Below are positions 33,181 to 33,235 of a stretch of 33,235 nucleotides of DNA, piece after piece. Both the position numbers and the translations under genes were made by a program. Under the pieces are notes generated by a model that was not told the origin of the DNA, searched no databases, and worked only from the letters and a program-made list of their open reading frames with translations. Source of the stretch: an uncultured Candidatus Saccharibacteria bacterium (lineage in GTDB: Bacteria; Patescibacteriota; Saccharimonadia; Saccharimonadales; CAYGIR01); the NCBI GenBank assembly GCA_964349985.1, contig CAYGIR010000002.1:1-33235 (forward strand), in the 5' to 3' direction. Every line of letters starts with the position of its first letter. Within the stretch, counting starts at the first letter, position 1.

Positions 33181-33235
33181 GCTGGTCAAGAGTGCTAATG
33201 TATGTGCTAATGAGTGGTGCTAGCAGGGTGTAGAT
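33181..33235. repeat. 55-bp direct repeat, copy 2 (truncated by window end)
   Basis: Identical to 33000-33054. It is preceded by the palindrome CTTGACC-TGCT-GGTCAAG instead of a left CIRCE arm. Confidence 0.95.

Noticed and set aside
32968-33189. 73-aa minus-strand ORF upstream of clpP
   Set aside because: It spans the clpP promoter, the CIRCE operator, the hairpin and both repeat copies. It has no SD and a low-complexity product, so the region is better explained as regulatory DNA.
33000-33235. CRISPR array interpretation of the 55-bp repeats
   Set aside because: Only two copies are visible. The 55-bp length and 126-bp spacer are outside usual CRISPR dimensions, and the repeat contains a recognisable operator half-site.

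Overview
The window is almost entirely one minus-strand housekeeping supercluster. Its order is clpP, rpoB, rpoC, rpsL, rpsG, orf100, fusA, orf139, tuf, then orf284 on the plus strand. It continues with rpsJ, a NUDIX hydrolase, a small membrane protein, then rplC-rplD-rplW-rplB-rpsS-rplV-rpsC-rplP-rpmC-rpsQ-rplN-rplX-rplE-rpsN-rpsH-rplF-rplR-rpsE-rplO-secY-infA-rpmJ-rpsM-rpsK-rpsD-rpoA-rplQ-rplM-rpsI, and ends in a 5' gene fragment. rpmD (L30) is absent, and adk and map are missing between secY and infA. Together with the AT-rich sequence and the many low-complexity tails on ribosomal proteins, this fits a CPR/Patescibacteria-like (possibly Saccharibacteria-like) genome; that assignment is inference only. 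I corrected several ORF-track starts (rpsD, infA, secY, rpsE, rplR, rpsN, rplP, rplV, rplB, rpoC) and added rpmJ, which the track missed. The main finding concerns the spacers longer than about 55 nt inside the transcription units. Nearly all of them are tiled by a short ORF that starts at the upstream gene's stop codon and ends on the downstream gene's start codon: 15 junctions by one sORF, 2 by a tandem pair. The long spacers that are not tiled in this way carry good -35/-10 matches, except infA>rpmJ (no good promoter match) and rpsJ>NUDIX (open frame, no start). Other points are two paralogous ~120-nt spacer cassettes, families of tandem heptanucleotide arrays, unannotated ORFs wedged into the str operon, accessory genes splitting rpsJ from rplC and tuf from rpsJ, a perfect CIRCE operator on the clpP promoter, and an exact 55-bp direct repeat at the window edge.
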